Numbered from the stretch's first letter, positions 1-8,734 are shown. The stretch: 64,000 nucleotides of DNA from Eubacteriales bacterium (GCA_045593165.1 JAZNWF010000004.1:216-64215); one strand, 5' to 3'. Numbers and translations: made by a program. Notes: a model not told the origin generated them from the sequence alone.

Positions 1-274
1 AACCGACGCAAACTACAACCAGGATCTTATGGATACCTACAATGCACTCGTTGCTAAGTACAATGGTGGCGAAGCAATCTACAACGAAACTATCGAAGTA
101 GACAGCGACTTCTACCTTGGTGTAAACGCAGCACGTGACACCTACTACGTAACCAACGGCGCAGCAGTAGAAGAACCCGTTGAACCCGGCGACGCTTCCA
201 ACATGCTCGTATTCGCGATCCTCGCTCTCGTAGCAGTTGCAGGTTCTGCAGTAGTTGTTAAGACTCGCAAGTAA
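1..274 (+). CDS. C-terminal fragment of a secreted/cell-surface protein; the ORF is open at the left window edge
   Basis: Frame 2 is open from nt 2. The C-terminus is ...VEPGDASN, then a ~20-aa hydrophobic helix, then KTRK, which looks like a C-terminal anchor. A strong terminator follows. Confidence 0.5.
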   Translation, partial: TDANYNQDLMDTYNALVAKYNGGEAIYNETIEVDSDFYLGVNAARDTYYVTNGAAVEEPVEPGDASNMLVFAILALVAVAGSAVVVKTRK

Positions 275-297
275 TTAAAAGATTATAGATCTTCAAA

Positions 298-327
298 GAA
301 AGACGGCTGTTAGCCGTCTTTCTTTTT
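298..327 (+). terminator. Rho-independent terminator
   Basis: Perfect 10-bp stem GAAAGACGGC / GCCGTCTTTC with a 5-nt loop, followed by a T-run. Confidence 0.85.
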
Positions 328-340
328 GCTTCAAGAACTA

Positions 341-369
341 TTGATACTATATTTGTTATATGATATAAT
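341..369 (+). promoter_or_regulatory. Sigma-A type promoter
   Basis: TTGATA (341-346), 17-nt spacer, TATAAT (364-369), with TG upstream of the -10. Confidence 0.55.
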
Positions 370-394
370 ACGAATGAAAGAAGGTGCATACCAT

Positions 395-1045
395 TTGAAA
401 ACAAGATTATGTATTATATCATTTCTCCTGATTTGCCTTTTTTTAGCATCGTGTCAGGAAAATGCGAAAAATGACTCGCCCGATATTCTTGACGTTACCT
501 CTGTCGAGGAATCGTATGACGTTTCTATTGAATCGGAAGCATCAAACGACCGATTCGAAGAAGAAGAAGAAGAAGAAGAAAGCATAGCTAATCCGCAAGC
601 ATATATTGAGGTCATGCGCGAGGGCGAAGCAAATATTATTCCCGTCGAGATAGCAAAAGGTACGGTTGGCAAGTATACTATTGCCTATGATCCCGAATAT
701 TTTGTTTTTTCGTCCGAGGAAAGTGTTGACAGATTCATATACGAAAGCTGGGGCGATAACCCGAGCGTTTATTATAACGTAACGATATGCAATACCGATG
801 CCGAGGCCTTTATATCCGACAAAAAAGCTTCGAACGGCGAGCCTTACTACGAATTTGAAACCTTAATAGGTAACTACAAGGCGAAAGCTATATATTTCGA
901 AAGCGATAACATTTGCTTGCACTATTACGTTATAGACTGTGAAAACGCGGCGTACGTTATCGAAGCACAGTTTGTTACCGAAATGTACGAAGGACTTTAC
1001 GCTATTATGCAGGCTCTTTTTGACACGTTCACAATAACCCAATAA
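395..1045 (+). CDS. Acidic lipoprotein of unknown function
   Basis: A TTG start at 395 lies 7 nt after AGAAGGTG and gives MKTRLCIISFLLICLFLASC, a canonical lipoprotein signal with lipobox LASC. The in-frame ATG at 374 sits at the predicted transcription start with no RBS. The tracked TTG at 326 lies inside the upstream terminator. The protein contains an E8 run. Confidence 0.7.
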   Translation: MKTRLCIISFLLICLFLASCQENAKNDSPDILDVTSVEESYDVSIESEASNDRFEEEEEEEESIANPQAYIEVMREGEANIIPVEIAKGTVGKYTIAYDPEYFVFSSEESVDRFIYESWGDNPSVYYNVTICNTDAEAFISDKKASNGEPYYEFETLIGNYKAKAIYFESDNICLHYYVIDCENAAYVIEAQFVTEMYEGLYAIMQALFDTFTITQ

Positions 1046-1064
1046 GCAAAAAAGAAGAAGACTT

Positions 1065-1098
1065 TGCGAGACTTCTGATAAGGAAGTCTCGCAGTTTT
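1065..1098 (+). terminator. Rho-independent terminator
   Basis: 11-bp stem TGCGAGACTTC / GAAGTCTCGCA followed by GTTTT. Confidence 0.8.
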
Positions 1099-1099
1099 A

Positions 1100-1262
1100 T
1101 TCGCCAAATATATTTGGCGAGTGATATTGCTTCGCAGTGATATGATGCTTCGCATCGTGATATTCGGCTACGCCGAGTTTGGCGAATAAAATAACACTGA
1201 AACCGAAAGGTTTCAATAACACTATTGCTTTGCAATAATATCACTCCGACGAAGTCGGAATA
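1100..1262. repeat. Array of short hairpins separated by GTGATAT / ATAACAC / ATATCAC words
   Basis: Hairpins seen: TCGCCAAATATATTTGGCGA, TGCTTCGCA (twice), CGGCTACGCCG, GAAACCGAAAGGTTTC, ATTGCTTTGCAAT and TCCGACGAAGTCGGA. GTGATAT occurs three times in the 5' half, and its complement-like words ATAACAC (twice) and ATATCAC occur in the 3' half. Confidence 0.5.
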
Positions 1263-1266
1263 AAAC

Positions 1267-1295
1267 TTGAATAATATAGACTGGTATGTTATAAT
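1267..1295 (+). promoter_or_regulatory. Sigma-A promoter with extended -10
   Basis: TTGAAT (1267-1272), 17-nt spacer, TGT-TATAAT (1290-1295). Confidence 0.6.
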
Positions 1296-1392
1296 AAAAT
1301 GGGTTTGGGAATGGCCCAATAAAGCGTTTGTATTTACAGATGCGATGCTGGTTCTTTTGAATCAGTTCGATAAATAAGAAGTTGGTGGAGGC

Positions 1393-1824
1393 ATGGTAGT
1401 GACATTTGGAGAACGCTTATATGAATTGCGCAAAACGAAAAATATATCACAAGAAGAGATGGCGGAATTATTGGATGTGTCCCGACAATCGATTTCGAAG
1501 TGGGAGAACGATAAGGCATACCCAGAGCTGACAAGACTTCTCTTTATGAGTGAATATTTTGATGTCTCTTTGGATTATTTAATTAGGGGAACAGAAGAGA
1601 ATAAAAATAAAGAAGATGCAACAGTAAGCTACAAGGCCAAAAATATGTTATTGGTTTGGAATAACTTTGTATCAAACTTATCAGGCAATCAACGAAAATT
1701 ACTGGTAGCATTATATGTTTTATTGATATGTGTTTGTATTATTGTTATTGTTAGTTTTCTTTATGGAGCAGGATATGCGATAGGAAAATTCATCGGCTAT
1801 ATACAAAATGACCTTAATTTGTAA
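1393..1824 (+). CDS. XRE-family HTH transcriptional regulator with a C-terminal transmembrane helix
   Basis: The N-terminus FGERLYELRKTKNISQEEMAELLDVSRQSISKWENDK is a typical HTH_3 domain. The C-terminus has one hydrophobic helix (LLVALYVLLICVCIIVIVSFLYGAGYAIG). RBS GGTGGAGG lies before the ATG. Confidence 0.85.
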   Translation: MVVTFGERLYELRKTKNISQEEMAELLDVSRQSISKWENDKAYPELTRLLFMSEYFDVSLDYLIRGTEENKNKEDATVSYKAKNMLLVWNNFVSNLSGNQRKLLVALYVLLICVCIIVIVSFLYGAGYAIGKFIGYIQNDLNL

Positions 1825-1925
1825 ATGCAACGGCAAGTTTACACAAGTGCAACCGTGATTTTATGGTGCTATTTGAAAAAAGATGTTACTTTCTATTCGT
1901 AAATTTTATTTAGGAGGTAACATAA

Positions 1926-2090
1926 ATGAGTAAAATTAGTAATATCGTAAATGAAATTAAGGCTTGGGTAAATGCAGGAACAGAAAATGAGATTTTTATT
2001 AGGAGAGTACTAGTTGTTAGTTTAACACTGCTTGCGTTATATAAATTAGGATATGCCGTAGGAGTGTTCTTGGCACATAGTGGTTTGTAA
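1926..2090 (+). CDS. Small membrane protein (54 aa), absent from the ORF track because it is under 60 aa
   Basis: TAGGAGGT RBS lies 6 nt before the ATG at 1926. Product: MSKISNIVNEIKAWVNAGTENEIFIRRVLVVSLTLLALYKLGYAVGVFLAHSGL. Its TM segment resembles the TM tail of the upstream XRE protein. A terminator follows. Confidence 0.6.
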   Translation: MSKISNIVNEIKAWVNAGTENEIFIRRVLVVSLTLLALYKLGYAVGVFLAHSGL

Positions 2091-2156
2091 ACTGATAATT
2101 GGATGCAAAATTTCAGTTTGTCCGTTCGACAAATTCCAATTTATCGAACAGAATAA

Positions 2157-2194
2157 AACAACCCCGACAGACTTAAATATCTGTCGGGGTTTTA
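2157..2194. terminator. Bidirectional rho-independent terminator
   Basis: AACCCCGACAG / CTGTCGGGGTT stem flanked by an A-run and a T-run, lying between convergent genes. Confidence 0.8.
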
Positions 2195-2240
2195 ACATCC
2201 TTATGAGAAGTAGCCATTGCGAAGTCTTCTTCTTTTTTTA

Positions 2241-3278
2241 TTAATCCAAAAGGTAAGCAAGTAAAAGATTCAACGTATTTTCTATACCCTTTATATGAGT
2301 ACGCTCCATACCGTGACTGCAATATACAGCCATACCGAATGCGGCGGCACGCAGATTATTGCCCGCGCGGACAGCGGCATTTGCATCGGTTCCGTAGCGG
2401 TAGAAAATATCTACGTTATAATCACATCCGACCTTTTCGGCAAGTGCAATAAGATGGCTTGTAAGCGTATAATCATACGGCGCGGCATTATCCTTTGCGC
2501 AGATGCTTACGGATTTTTCGTTACCGTCGTAACCAGGGCCGATAAGCCCGATATCGAGCGCGACATATTCCGAAACACACTCGGGCACGTAAGTACCGCC
2601 AAAGCCGATCTCCTCACCGTAAGGAAAAGCGAAAACCGTTTTATATTTAGGCTTTAGATCGTTTTCCTTCATATACTTAAGCGCAGTAAATACACACGCC
2701 ACCGCCGCTTTATCATCGATAAAGCGCGATTTGATATAACCGTTCTCTGTAATTTGACAACGCGGTTCGACCGAAATGAAATCACCGTTACGTATACCGA
2801 GTGCACGAACGTCATCCTTGGATTTTACATCCTCGTCGAGTAAAACGATCATAGTATTTTCATTACGCTCGAGCGTACGGGCATCATCAAAAACGTGCAC
2901 AGAATGTGATTGACAAGCGAAAAGCCCCGTGTATTCCCTGCCGTCACGCGTGTGAACGGTTACCGTTTCGCCCTCCAAATTTGCATAATTCACGCCGCCA
3001 AGCTGACGCACGCGTATAAATCCGTTTGCATCTATCGTACGCACCACCATACCTATCGTATCGGCATGTGCACCGACAAGCACGGTTTTTGAATTATCCT
3101 CGCCGTCGACCGTGATATACGCTGTGCTTTTATTATCATACGTAACCTTTTCACCAAGCATTTCGGCATAGCGTTCTAATACCGGATTCAACTTTACGTA
3201 ATAACCGGTAGGGCTCGGCACATCAATTATTTCCTTAAAGCAGGAGCAGAAAAAATCGTTATCGGTCTTGAATTTCAT
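2241..3278 (-). CDS. M42 family metallopeptidase (glutamyl aminopeptidase / FrvX-like)
   Basis: 345 aa. GAHADTIGMVVRTIDANGFIRVRQLGG and the FPYGEEIGFGG region are typical of the M42 family. Confidence 0.8.
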   Translation of the reverse strand: MKFKTDNDFFCSCFKEIIDVPSPTGYYVKLNPVLERYAEMLGEKVTYDNKSTAYITVDGEDNSKTVLVGAHADTIGMVVRTIDANGFIRVRQLGGVNYANLEGETVTVHTRDGREYTGLFACQSHSVHVFDDARTLERNENTMIVLLDEDVKSKDDVRALGIRNGDFISVEPRCQITENGYIKSRFIDDKAAVACVFTALKYMKENDLKPKYKTVFAFPYGEEIGFGGTYVPECVSEYVALDIGLIGPGYDGNEKSVSICAKDNAAPYDYTLTSHLIALAEKVGCDYNVDIFYRYGTDANAAVRAGNNLRAAAFGMAVYCSHGMERTHIKGIENTLNLLLAYLLD

Positions 3279-4986
3279 TATTTACCTCCGAAAATTTATG
3301 ATATAGGGCATCAGACATCTGTTTAAAGCGAACAGTATCGACCTTTTGAACCCTTCGATCATACGTAAGCAGTCCGTTCGTTTCGTCCTCAACGTCGCTT
3401 ACCTGCGTCAACACGGCTGCACAAAGTCCGTTTTCAATATTAGCCATAATTTCGCCTTCATACAGATCTACAAGTGCTTTTTCGAGCTCCTCACAGCTTT
3501 TGAAAAATCGGTATCCGTAGTTTTTATCCAGATTGAACGAATGTCCCTCGATCTTACAGGAATAGCCGCCGAATTCGGAAAGTACCATAGGTCTGCCCTT
3601 GACCGATTTCAGCCTTACGGGCTTGAAATACACGTGGTCGCTTTCAACGTCGGTTTGCTCGACCTTGAACCAACCCGACGTGGTGTCGTAAATACGTGAT
3701 GGGTCAAGCTTTTTGAGCATTTTATAATAATAAGGTGCGTTGAACTGTCCCCATCCCTCGTTGAAAACAGTGTAATATACTACCGAAGGGTGATTGTACA
3801 AATGCTCGACGATTCCCTTGCAGGTTTCGGTAAAGTGCTTTTTGCGTTTCGCGCTGACGCGATGCGAAATACCCTTTCTGAAAAGCACGGTCGGCAGTGC
3901 CGTATCGACAAGAAAGCTGTAACGTCCGCTGTTTATCATATCCTGCCAAACGAGCATTCCGTGCTTATCGCAATAATAGTAAAATATATCAGGCTCGAGC
4001 TTAATATGCTTACGAAGCATATTAAACCCGCACGCCTTCATTTTTAAAATATCCTCCTCGTATCCGCGCTCGCTCGCGGGGAGAAATATACCGTCACTGT
4101 AATAACCTTGGTCGAGCAATCCGTGCGAAAAAATCGGTTTGCCATTCAGGCAAATCAAAGCAACACCGTTGATTTCCCTTATACTAACAGTACGCAACGC
4201 AAAATAGGAATCGACCCTATCATCACCCGATATCACCGAAAAATCATAAAGCTTGGGGTTATCGGGTGTCCAGCACACACCGTTTTCAACATCTAAACGG
4301 AAGCGACTTCCTTTGAATTTATATTCCCTTCCGTTGAAAAGCAATGTTTTTTGAGGCTTTCCGCCGAAAACCTCGATATCAACTCCGTTTAAATCGGGCG
4401 AGAGCTTGATACCTTGTATATAATCGTCACAAACGCTTTCTATCCAAACGGTCTGCCATATACCGCTTATTTTCGTATACCACATTCCGCCGCGCTTATA
4501 GGTTTGCTTTCCGTAAGGAAGATCGATATCGAGGGGGTCGCGCGCGATAACCCTTAACGTATTCTCGCCAACAGACACGTATTTAGTTATATCAAAGCTG
4601 AAAGGAAGATAGCCGCCAACGTTTTCGCCGACCGATTTTCCGTTTACGTATACGCTTGCATATTGATCGCACGCACCGAAATGCAAAATAACTTTATCCT
4701 TTACAAAACCGTGCGTTAAAGTAAACGTACGCTCGTATATAAGCTCGTCGCATTTATTAACCGGATGGAATATTCCGGATATACGGCTTTCGGGAGGAAA
4801 AGGCACCTTTATGGTTCCTGTATATACCGTTTTACTCTCTTCCCTTACGGAAAAATTCCAATCGCCGTTAAGGCACAGATATGAATCCCTTTTCAGTTGG
4901 GGGCGCGGATATACGGAAAACGGTGTTGCGTTATCGATTAATTCTTTTTCAAAGTCTGTTTGTAAATGCACCAATTTCGATTCCAT
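3259..4986 (-). CDS. Glycoside hydrolase family 2 protein
   Basis: 575 aa. GH2 sugar-binding and TIM-barrel signatures are present (NGKSVGENVGGYLPFSFDIT, FNMLRKHIKLEP, VFNEGWG). It overlaps the downstream M42 gene by 20 nt. Confidence 0.75.
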   Translation of the reverse strand: MESKLVHLQTDFEKELIDNATPFSVYPRPQLKRDSYLCLNGDWNFSVREESKTVYTGTIKVPFPPESRISGIFHPVNKCDELIYERTFTLTHGFVKDKVILHFGACDQYASVYVNGKSVGENVGGYLPFSFDITKYVSVGENTLRVIARDPLDIDLPYGKQTYKRGGMWYTKISGIWQTVWIESVCDDYIQGIKLSPDLNGVDIEVFGGKPQKTLLFNGREYKFKGSRFRLDVENGVCWTPDNPKLYDFSVISGDDRVDSYFALRTVSIREINGVALICLNGKPIFSHGLLDQGYYSDGIFLPASERGYEEDILKMKACGFNMLRKHIKLEPDIFYYYCDKHGMLVWQDMINSGRYSFLVDTALPTVLFRKGISHRVSAKRKKHFTETCKGIVEHLYNHPSVVYYTVFNEGWGQFNAPYYYKMLKKLDPSRIYDTTSGWFKVEQTDVESDHVYFKPVRLKSVKGRPMVLSEFGGYSCKIEGHSFNLDKNYGYRFFKSCEELEKALVDLYEGEIMANIENGLCAAVLTQVSDVEDETNGLLTYDRRVQKVDTVRFKQMSDALYHKFSEVNNEIQDR

Positions 4987-5071
4987 AAAACGCCTCCTTG
5001 ATATTTATTATATTATAAAATACAAATCGTTTTATTGCAAGAAAAATCCGCCCTTTCGAGCGGATTCTTTA

Positions 5072-6340
5072 CTAATCAAGCATTATTTTAACTATTTCCT
5101 CATCGGTGGGCTGCATACCTACTCTGCCGATATGACCGACACAGCTTATCGTTTCGCCCGTATCATCCTGCAATATTCCCGTATTGGATTCATACGCTTT
5201 GCCCTGCATTGCAAGTGCGTGAGCGAACAGCGCCGCATCAAGCGCAGACGATATCTTCGCCGCGCACGACGCCTTTGCTCCATCGCAAATTATGCCCGGA
5301 ATATCCGCAAGAGTATTGTCGATAGTATCCTTTATTTGCTTGAGCGTGCCGCCGAGCATATAGGTTATCGAAGCACCTGCCGCACAAGCCGCCGATACTG
5401 CGCCGCAGAATGCCGAAAGCTTGCCGATATATTCCTTCTGATAAACCGTCATCAAGCTTGAAAAGACAAGCGCACGACGCATGGTTTCCTCGGGAATGCC
5501 CTTTTCCCTTGCGTATACGATGATCGGAACGGTAGAGGTGATGCCCTGATTACCGCTTCCCGAGGTTATAATTACAGGCATATCGCAACCATCCATACGA
5601 GCTTCGGACGCGGCGGACGAATATGAACGTATTTTTGTAAACACGCTGTTTGCATATACCTCAAGAATCGATTTTCCGATACCAACGCCGTAATCGCCCT
5701 TCATTCCGCGCTCGGCAATTGCCATATTACAGCTTATTTGCTTATCGGTAAGCTCGCGTATCTTATCGATTTCCACTTCATTGGCAAAGGCAAGTATATT
5801 TTCAATGCTCAAAGCACTTCTGTCGGCAACCTCGCTTGCCGCCTGTAAGCTCTCGTCAACAAAAAGCATTTCGCCATTTTTGGTAATACGTACGATATTG
5901 ATATGGCTGTAACGCACCTCGACGCTCACGTTATCGTTCCCTGCATACATTTCTATAATAAAATGAAGCGGCACAGAGGATGCAAGATATTCTACCTTAC
6001 AGCGATCTTCCTTTATAAAAGCCTTGGTCTTTGCCAGCCCCTCGGGAGTAACTGCCTCTAAAACCTCCATATCGCGTTTTGCATCGCCCGATATTGCACC
6101 AAGGACACACGCAGGCTCGATACCCGTCATTCCGCCCGAATTGGGAATACGCACACAGCGTACGTTTTTGATCATATTGCCGCTACACTTTGCAAGTATA
6201 TGTTCGGGCTCGCATCCCAGCACGTCACGCGCCTTGGCAGCGGCATAAGCCAACGCGATCGGCTCGGTACAGCCCATAGCGGGAACAAGCTCTTCGCGCA
6301 GAATATCCAAAAACGAGCATTTTATCTTTTCATTCAACAT
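5072..6340 (-). CDS. UPF0597/YhaM-type L-cysteine desulfidase family protein (serine dehydratase alpha-like)
   Basis: 422 aa. The N-terminal motif PAMGCTEPIALAYAAAKA and the GSGNQG region are typical of this family. Confidence 0.7.
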   Translation of the reverse strand: MLNEKIKCSFLDILREELVPAMGCTEPIALAYAAAKARDVLGCEPEHILAKCSGNMIKNVRCVRIPNSGGMTGIEPACVLGAISGDAKRDMEVLEAVTPEGLAKTKAFIKEDRCKVEYLASSVPLHFIIEMYAGNDNVSVEVRYSHINIVRITKNGEMLFVDESLQAASEVADRSALSIENILAFANEVEIDKIRELTDKQISCNMAIAERGMKGDYGVGIGKSILEVYANSVFTKIRSYSSAASEARMDGCDMPVIITSGSGNQGITSTVPIIVYAREKGIPEETMRRALVFSSLMTVYQKEYIGKLSAFCGAVSAACAAGASITYMLGGTLKQIKDTIDNTLADIPGIICDGAKASCAAKISSALDAALFAHALAMQGKAYESNTGILQDDTGETISCVGHIGRVGMQPTDEEIVKIMLD

Positions 6341-6507
6341 AAAACCCCTCCGTAAAAGCGGTTTATCTGTATTTTTTTGTATTATATCACGCTTTTTTTA
6401 TTTTGTAAATGGGGTTTAATGCATCTTGTTTTTTGTATTATTTTAATAAATTTGTTTTTTACGTTTGCATACATTATACAAAATTCAAATTTATTCGGTT
6501 GCTTCCC

Positions 6508-6536
6508 TTGACTTTATCTGCAAAGCGTGCTAATAT
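6508..6536 (+). promoter_or_regulatory. Sigma-A promoter of T-box operon 1
   Basis: TTGACT (6508-6513), 17-nt spacer, TAATAT (6531-6536). Confidence 0.65.
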
Positions 6537-6542
6537 ACTAAA

Positions 6543-6829
6543 GAACTTAAATGCGTTTGAGCAGGAACAAGTAGATTTAGACGGGCCCATACAGAGAGTT
6601 GTCGGTTGGTGCGAGGCAACGGGAAAAGCTATTTTGAATTCATCCTGTGAGCTGTGCACCGAACAAAAGGTTATCTTTTAAGTAAGCTGCAACGGGCGTT
6701 CCCGTAACAGAACAAGAGTGTTATTGCACTCCCCGAGGCCGCAATCGCGAGAAAGCGGTAAATAGAGGTGGTACCACGAGTCTTCTCGTCCTCTGTATTC
6801 TTTTCAGGAATACAGAGGATTTATTTTTT
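6543..6829 (+). promoter_or_regulatory. T-box riboswitch leader, specifier UUC (Phe)
   Basis: Stem I has GA motifs (GAgCAGGA / TCCTGtGA), an AGAGAG bulge and a TGGTGCGAG distal loop. The specifier loop reads GAA-TTC-A (TTC at 6639-6641). The T-box sequence is GAGGTGGTACCACGAG (6765-6780). The terminator is CCTCTGTATTC/GAATACAGAGG plus a T-run (6790-6829). Confidence 0.85.
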
Positions 6830-6859
6830 GTAAATTATTTTAATATAAAGGTGATAAAA

Positions 6860-8167
6860 ATGGAACAAAGGTATTATCAAAAAGAAATTGAGACCATGCC
6901 CGTTGAGGAGATGAAAAAGCTCCAATCCGAAAAGCTGGTACGTCAGGTAAAGCACGTTTATGAAAACGTTCCTTATTACCGTAACCTTATGGATGAAAAG
7001 GGTGTTAAGCCCGAAGATATCAACGGTATTGAGGATCTTCACAAGCTTCCCTTCCTTACCAAAGCCGATCTTCGCGATGCATATCCTTACGGACTTCTCG
7101 CAAAGCCGCTTGACGAATGCGTACGTATTCAGTCTACCTCGGGCACAACCGGACGCCGTGTTGTTGCTTTCTACACACAAAATGACGTAGACCTTTGGGA
7201 AGATTGCTGTGCACGTGCTATCGTTGCTGCCGGCGGAACCAACAAGGACGTATGTCAGGTTGCATACGGCTACGGTCTTTTCACAGGCGGTCCCGGTCTT
7301 AACGGCGGCTCACACCGTGTAGGTTGCTTGACGCTTCCTATGTCTTCGGGTAATACCGAACGTCAGATTCAATTTATGACCGACCTTTCCGCAACTATTC
7401 TTTGCTGTACCCCCTCCTACGCCGCATATATCGGCGAAACCTTGAAGGAAAAGGGCTATAAGCCCGAGGATATTCCCTTGAAGGCAGGTATTTTCGGTGC
7501 AGAGCCATGGACCGAGGAAATGCGCAAAAATATTGAAGAAACCTTGGGTATAAAGGCATACGACATCTACGGTCTTACCGAAACCTCCGGCCCGGGCGTG
7601 TCGTTCGAATGCTGTGAGCAGACCGGTATGCATATCAACGAGGACCACTTCCTTGCGGAAATTATTGATCCCGACACGGGCGAGGTTCTTCCCGAAGGAA
7701 GCAAGGGCGAGCTTGTATTCACCTCGCTCGACAAGGAGGCGTTCCCGCTTTTACGTTACCGCACACGTGATATCTGCGTGCTCTCGCGCAAGAAGTGCTC
7801 CTGCGGACGTACGCTTATTAAAATGGCGAAGCCAATGGGCAGAACCGACGATATGCTTATCATCCGCGGCGTAAACGTGTTCCCGAGCCAGATCGAAACC
7901 GTACTTCTTAACGAAGGATACGAGCCTAATTACCAGATCATCGTAGACAGACAGAACAACAACGACACGTTCGACATTAACGTTGAAATGACAGCAGAAA
8001 AATTCTCGGACAAGGTAACCGAAATTCTTGCTATGGAAAAATCTCTTGCAAACGCGATGAAGACTATGCTCGGCATCAATCCTACCGTTCATCTTGTCGC
8101 ACCCAAGACTATTGCGCGAAGCGAAGGCAAGGCTGTCCGCGTAGTTGACAAGCGCAAATTGGTTTAA
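6860..8167 (+). CDS. paaK: Phenylacetate--CoA ligase family protein (PaaK / F390-synthetase-like adenylate-forming enzyme)
   Basis: ATG at 6860 lies 6 nt after AAGGTG; the tracked start at 6851 is a GTG inside the RBS. Motifs seen: YYRNLMDEKGVKPEDI, LPFLTKADLRDAYP, QSTSGTTGRRVV, YGLTE, MLIIRGVNVFPSQIE. Confidence 0.85.
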   Translation: MEQRYYQKEIETMPVEEMKKLQSEKLVRQVKHVYENVPYYRNLMDEKGVKPEDINGIEDLHKLPFLTKADLRDAYPYGLLAKPLDECVRIQSTSGTTGRRVVAFYTQNDVDLWEDCCARAIVAAGGTNKDVCQVAYGYGLFTGGPGLNGGSHRVGCLTLPMSSGNTERQIQFMTDLSATILCCTPSYAAYIGETLKEKGYKPEDIPLKAGIFGAEPWTEEMRKNIEETLGIKAYDIYGLTETSGPGVSFECCEQTGMHINEDHFLAEIIDPDTGEVLPEGSKGELVFTSLDKEAFPLLRYRTRDICVLSRKKCSCGRTLIKMAKPMGRTDDMLIIRGVNVFPSQIETVLLNEGYEPNYQIIVDRQNNNDTFDINVEMTAEKFSDKVTEILAMEKSLANAMKTMLGINPTVHLVAPKTIARSEGKAVRVVDKRKLV

Positions 8168-8188
8168 TTAAAGAAAGGGGATATCACA

Positions 8189-8620
8189 ATGGCAATTAAA
8201 CAGTTGACCGTATTCGTAGAAAACAAACAGGGCGCGCTCGTTTCGATTACCGACACGCTCGCACAGAACAACGTGAATATCAGAGCCCTCTCGATTGCCG
8301 AAACAAACGATTTCGGTATACTCCGTCTTATTGTAAATGATGAAGCCACCGCTGAAAAGACTCTTGCGGAAAAGGGTTATCTTATAAAGGTGACAGAGGT
8401 AGTCGGTGTTAAGATAGGCGATGCACCCGGCAAGCTTACCGCCGCGCTCGATGTGCTTGACAGATCGGGTATCAATATGGAATATCTTTACGCGTTTATG
8501 GCGCGTACCGAAAAGCACGCATACGTAGTTCTTCGCGTTGAAGACAATGAAATTGCAGAGGCTGCACTCGAAAACGCAGGCTTCCACCTCATTACAGACG
8601 CAGATATCTGCAAGCTTTAA
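8189..8620 (+). CDS. Tandem ACT-domain (amino-acid-binding) protein
   Basis: 143 aa. Two beta-alpha-beta-beta-alpha-beta ACT-like halves are visible (LTVFVENKQGALVSITDTLAQNNVNIRALS and VGVKIGDAPGKLTAALDVLDRSGINMEYLY). It is co-operonic with paaK. Confidence 0.75.
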   Translation: MAIKQLTVFVENKQGALVSITDTLAQNNVNIRALSIAETNDFGILRLIVNDEATAEKTLAEKGYLIKVTEVVGVKIGDAPGKLTAALDVLDRSGINMEYLYAFMARTEKHAYVVLRVEDNEIAEAALENAGFHLITDADICKL

Positions 8621-8637
8621 TTTAATTTAATTAAAAA

Positions 8638-8672
8638 GCATCGGACGTCGATTTGGCATCCGATGCTTTTTT
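8638..8672 (+). terminator. Rho-independent terminator
   Basis: GCATCGGA / TCCGATGC stem followed by TTTTTT. Confidence 0.8.
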
Positions 8673-8698
8673 GATTGCAGATATTTAGCGAAAAAGCC

Positions 8699-8727
8699 TT
8701 GACAAACAAGGCGTATTGTGATAAAAT
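8699..8727 (+). promoter_or_regulatory. Sigma-A promoter of T-box operon 2
   Basis: TTGACA (8699-8704), 17-nt spacer, TAAAAT (8722-8727), with an upstream TGtGa. Confidence 0.65.
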
Positions 8728-8734
8728 TCATCAC

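Noticed and set aside
326-394. Tracked TTG start at 326 and ATG at 374 for the lipoprotein
   Set aside because: The TTG at 326 lies in the T-run of the upstream terminator. The ATG at 374 coincides with the predicted transcription start and lacks an RBS. The TTG at 395 has an RBS and yields a textbook lipoprotein signal. The ATG at 374 remains possible if the mRNA is leaderless.
4811-5461. 216-aa ORF on the plus strand spanning the GH2 / desulfidase intergenic region
   Set aside because: It overlaps the 5' end of the GH2 gene and the 3' end of the YhaM-like gene on the opposite strand. It has no RBS.
6409-6681. 90-aa ORF upstream of paaK
   Set aside because: It spans the promoter and Stem I of T-box 1, so the region is non-coding leader.
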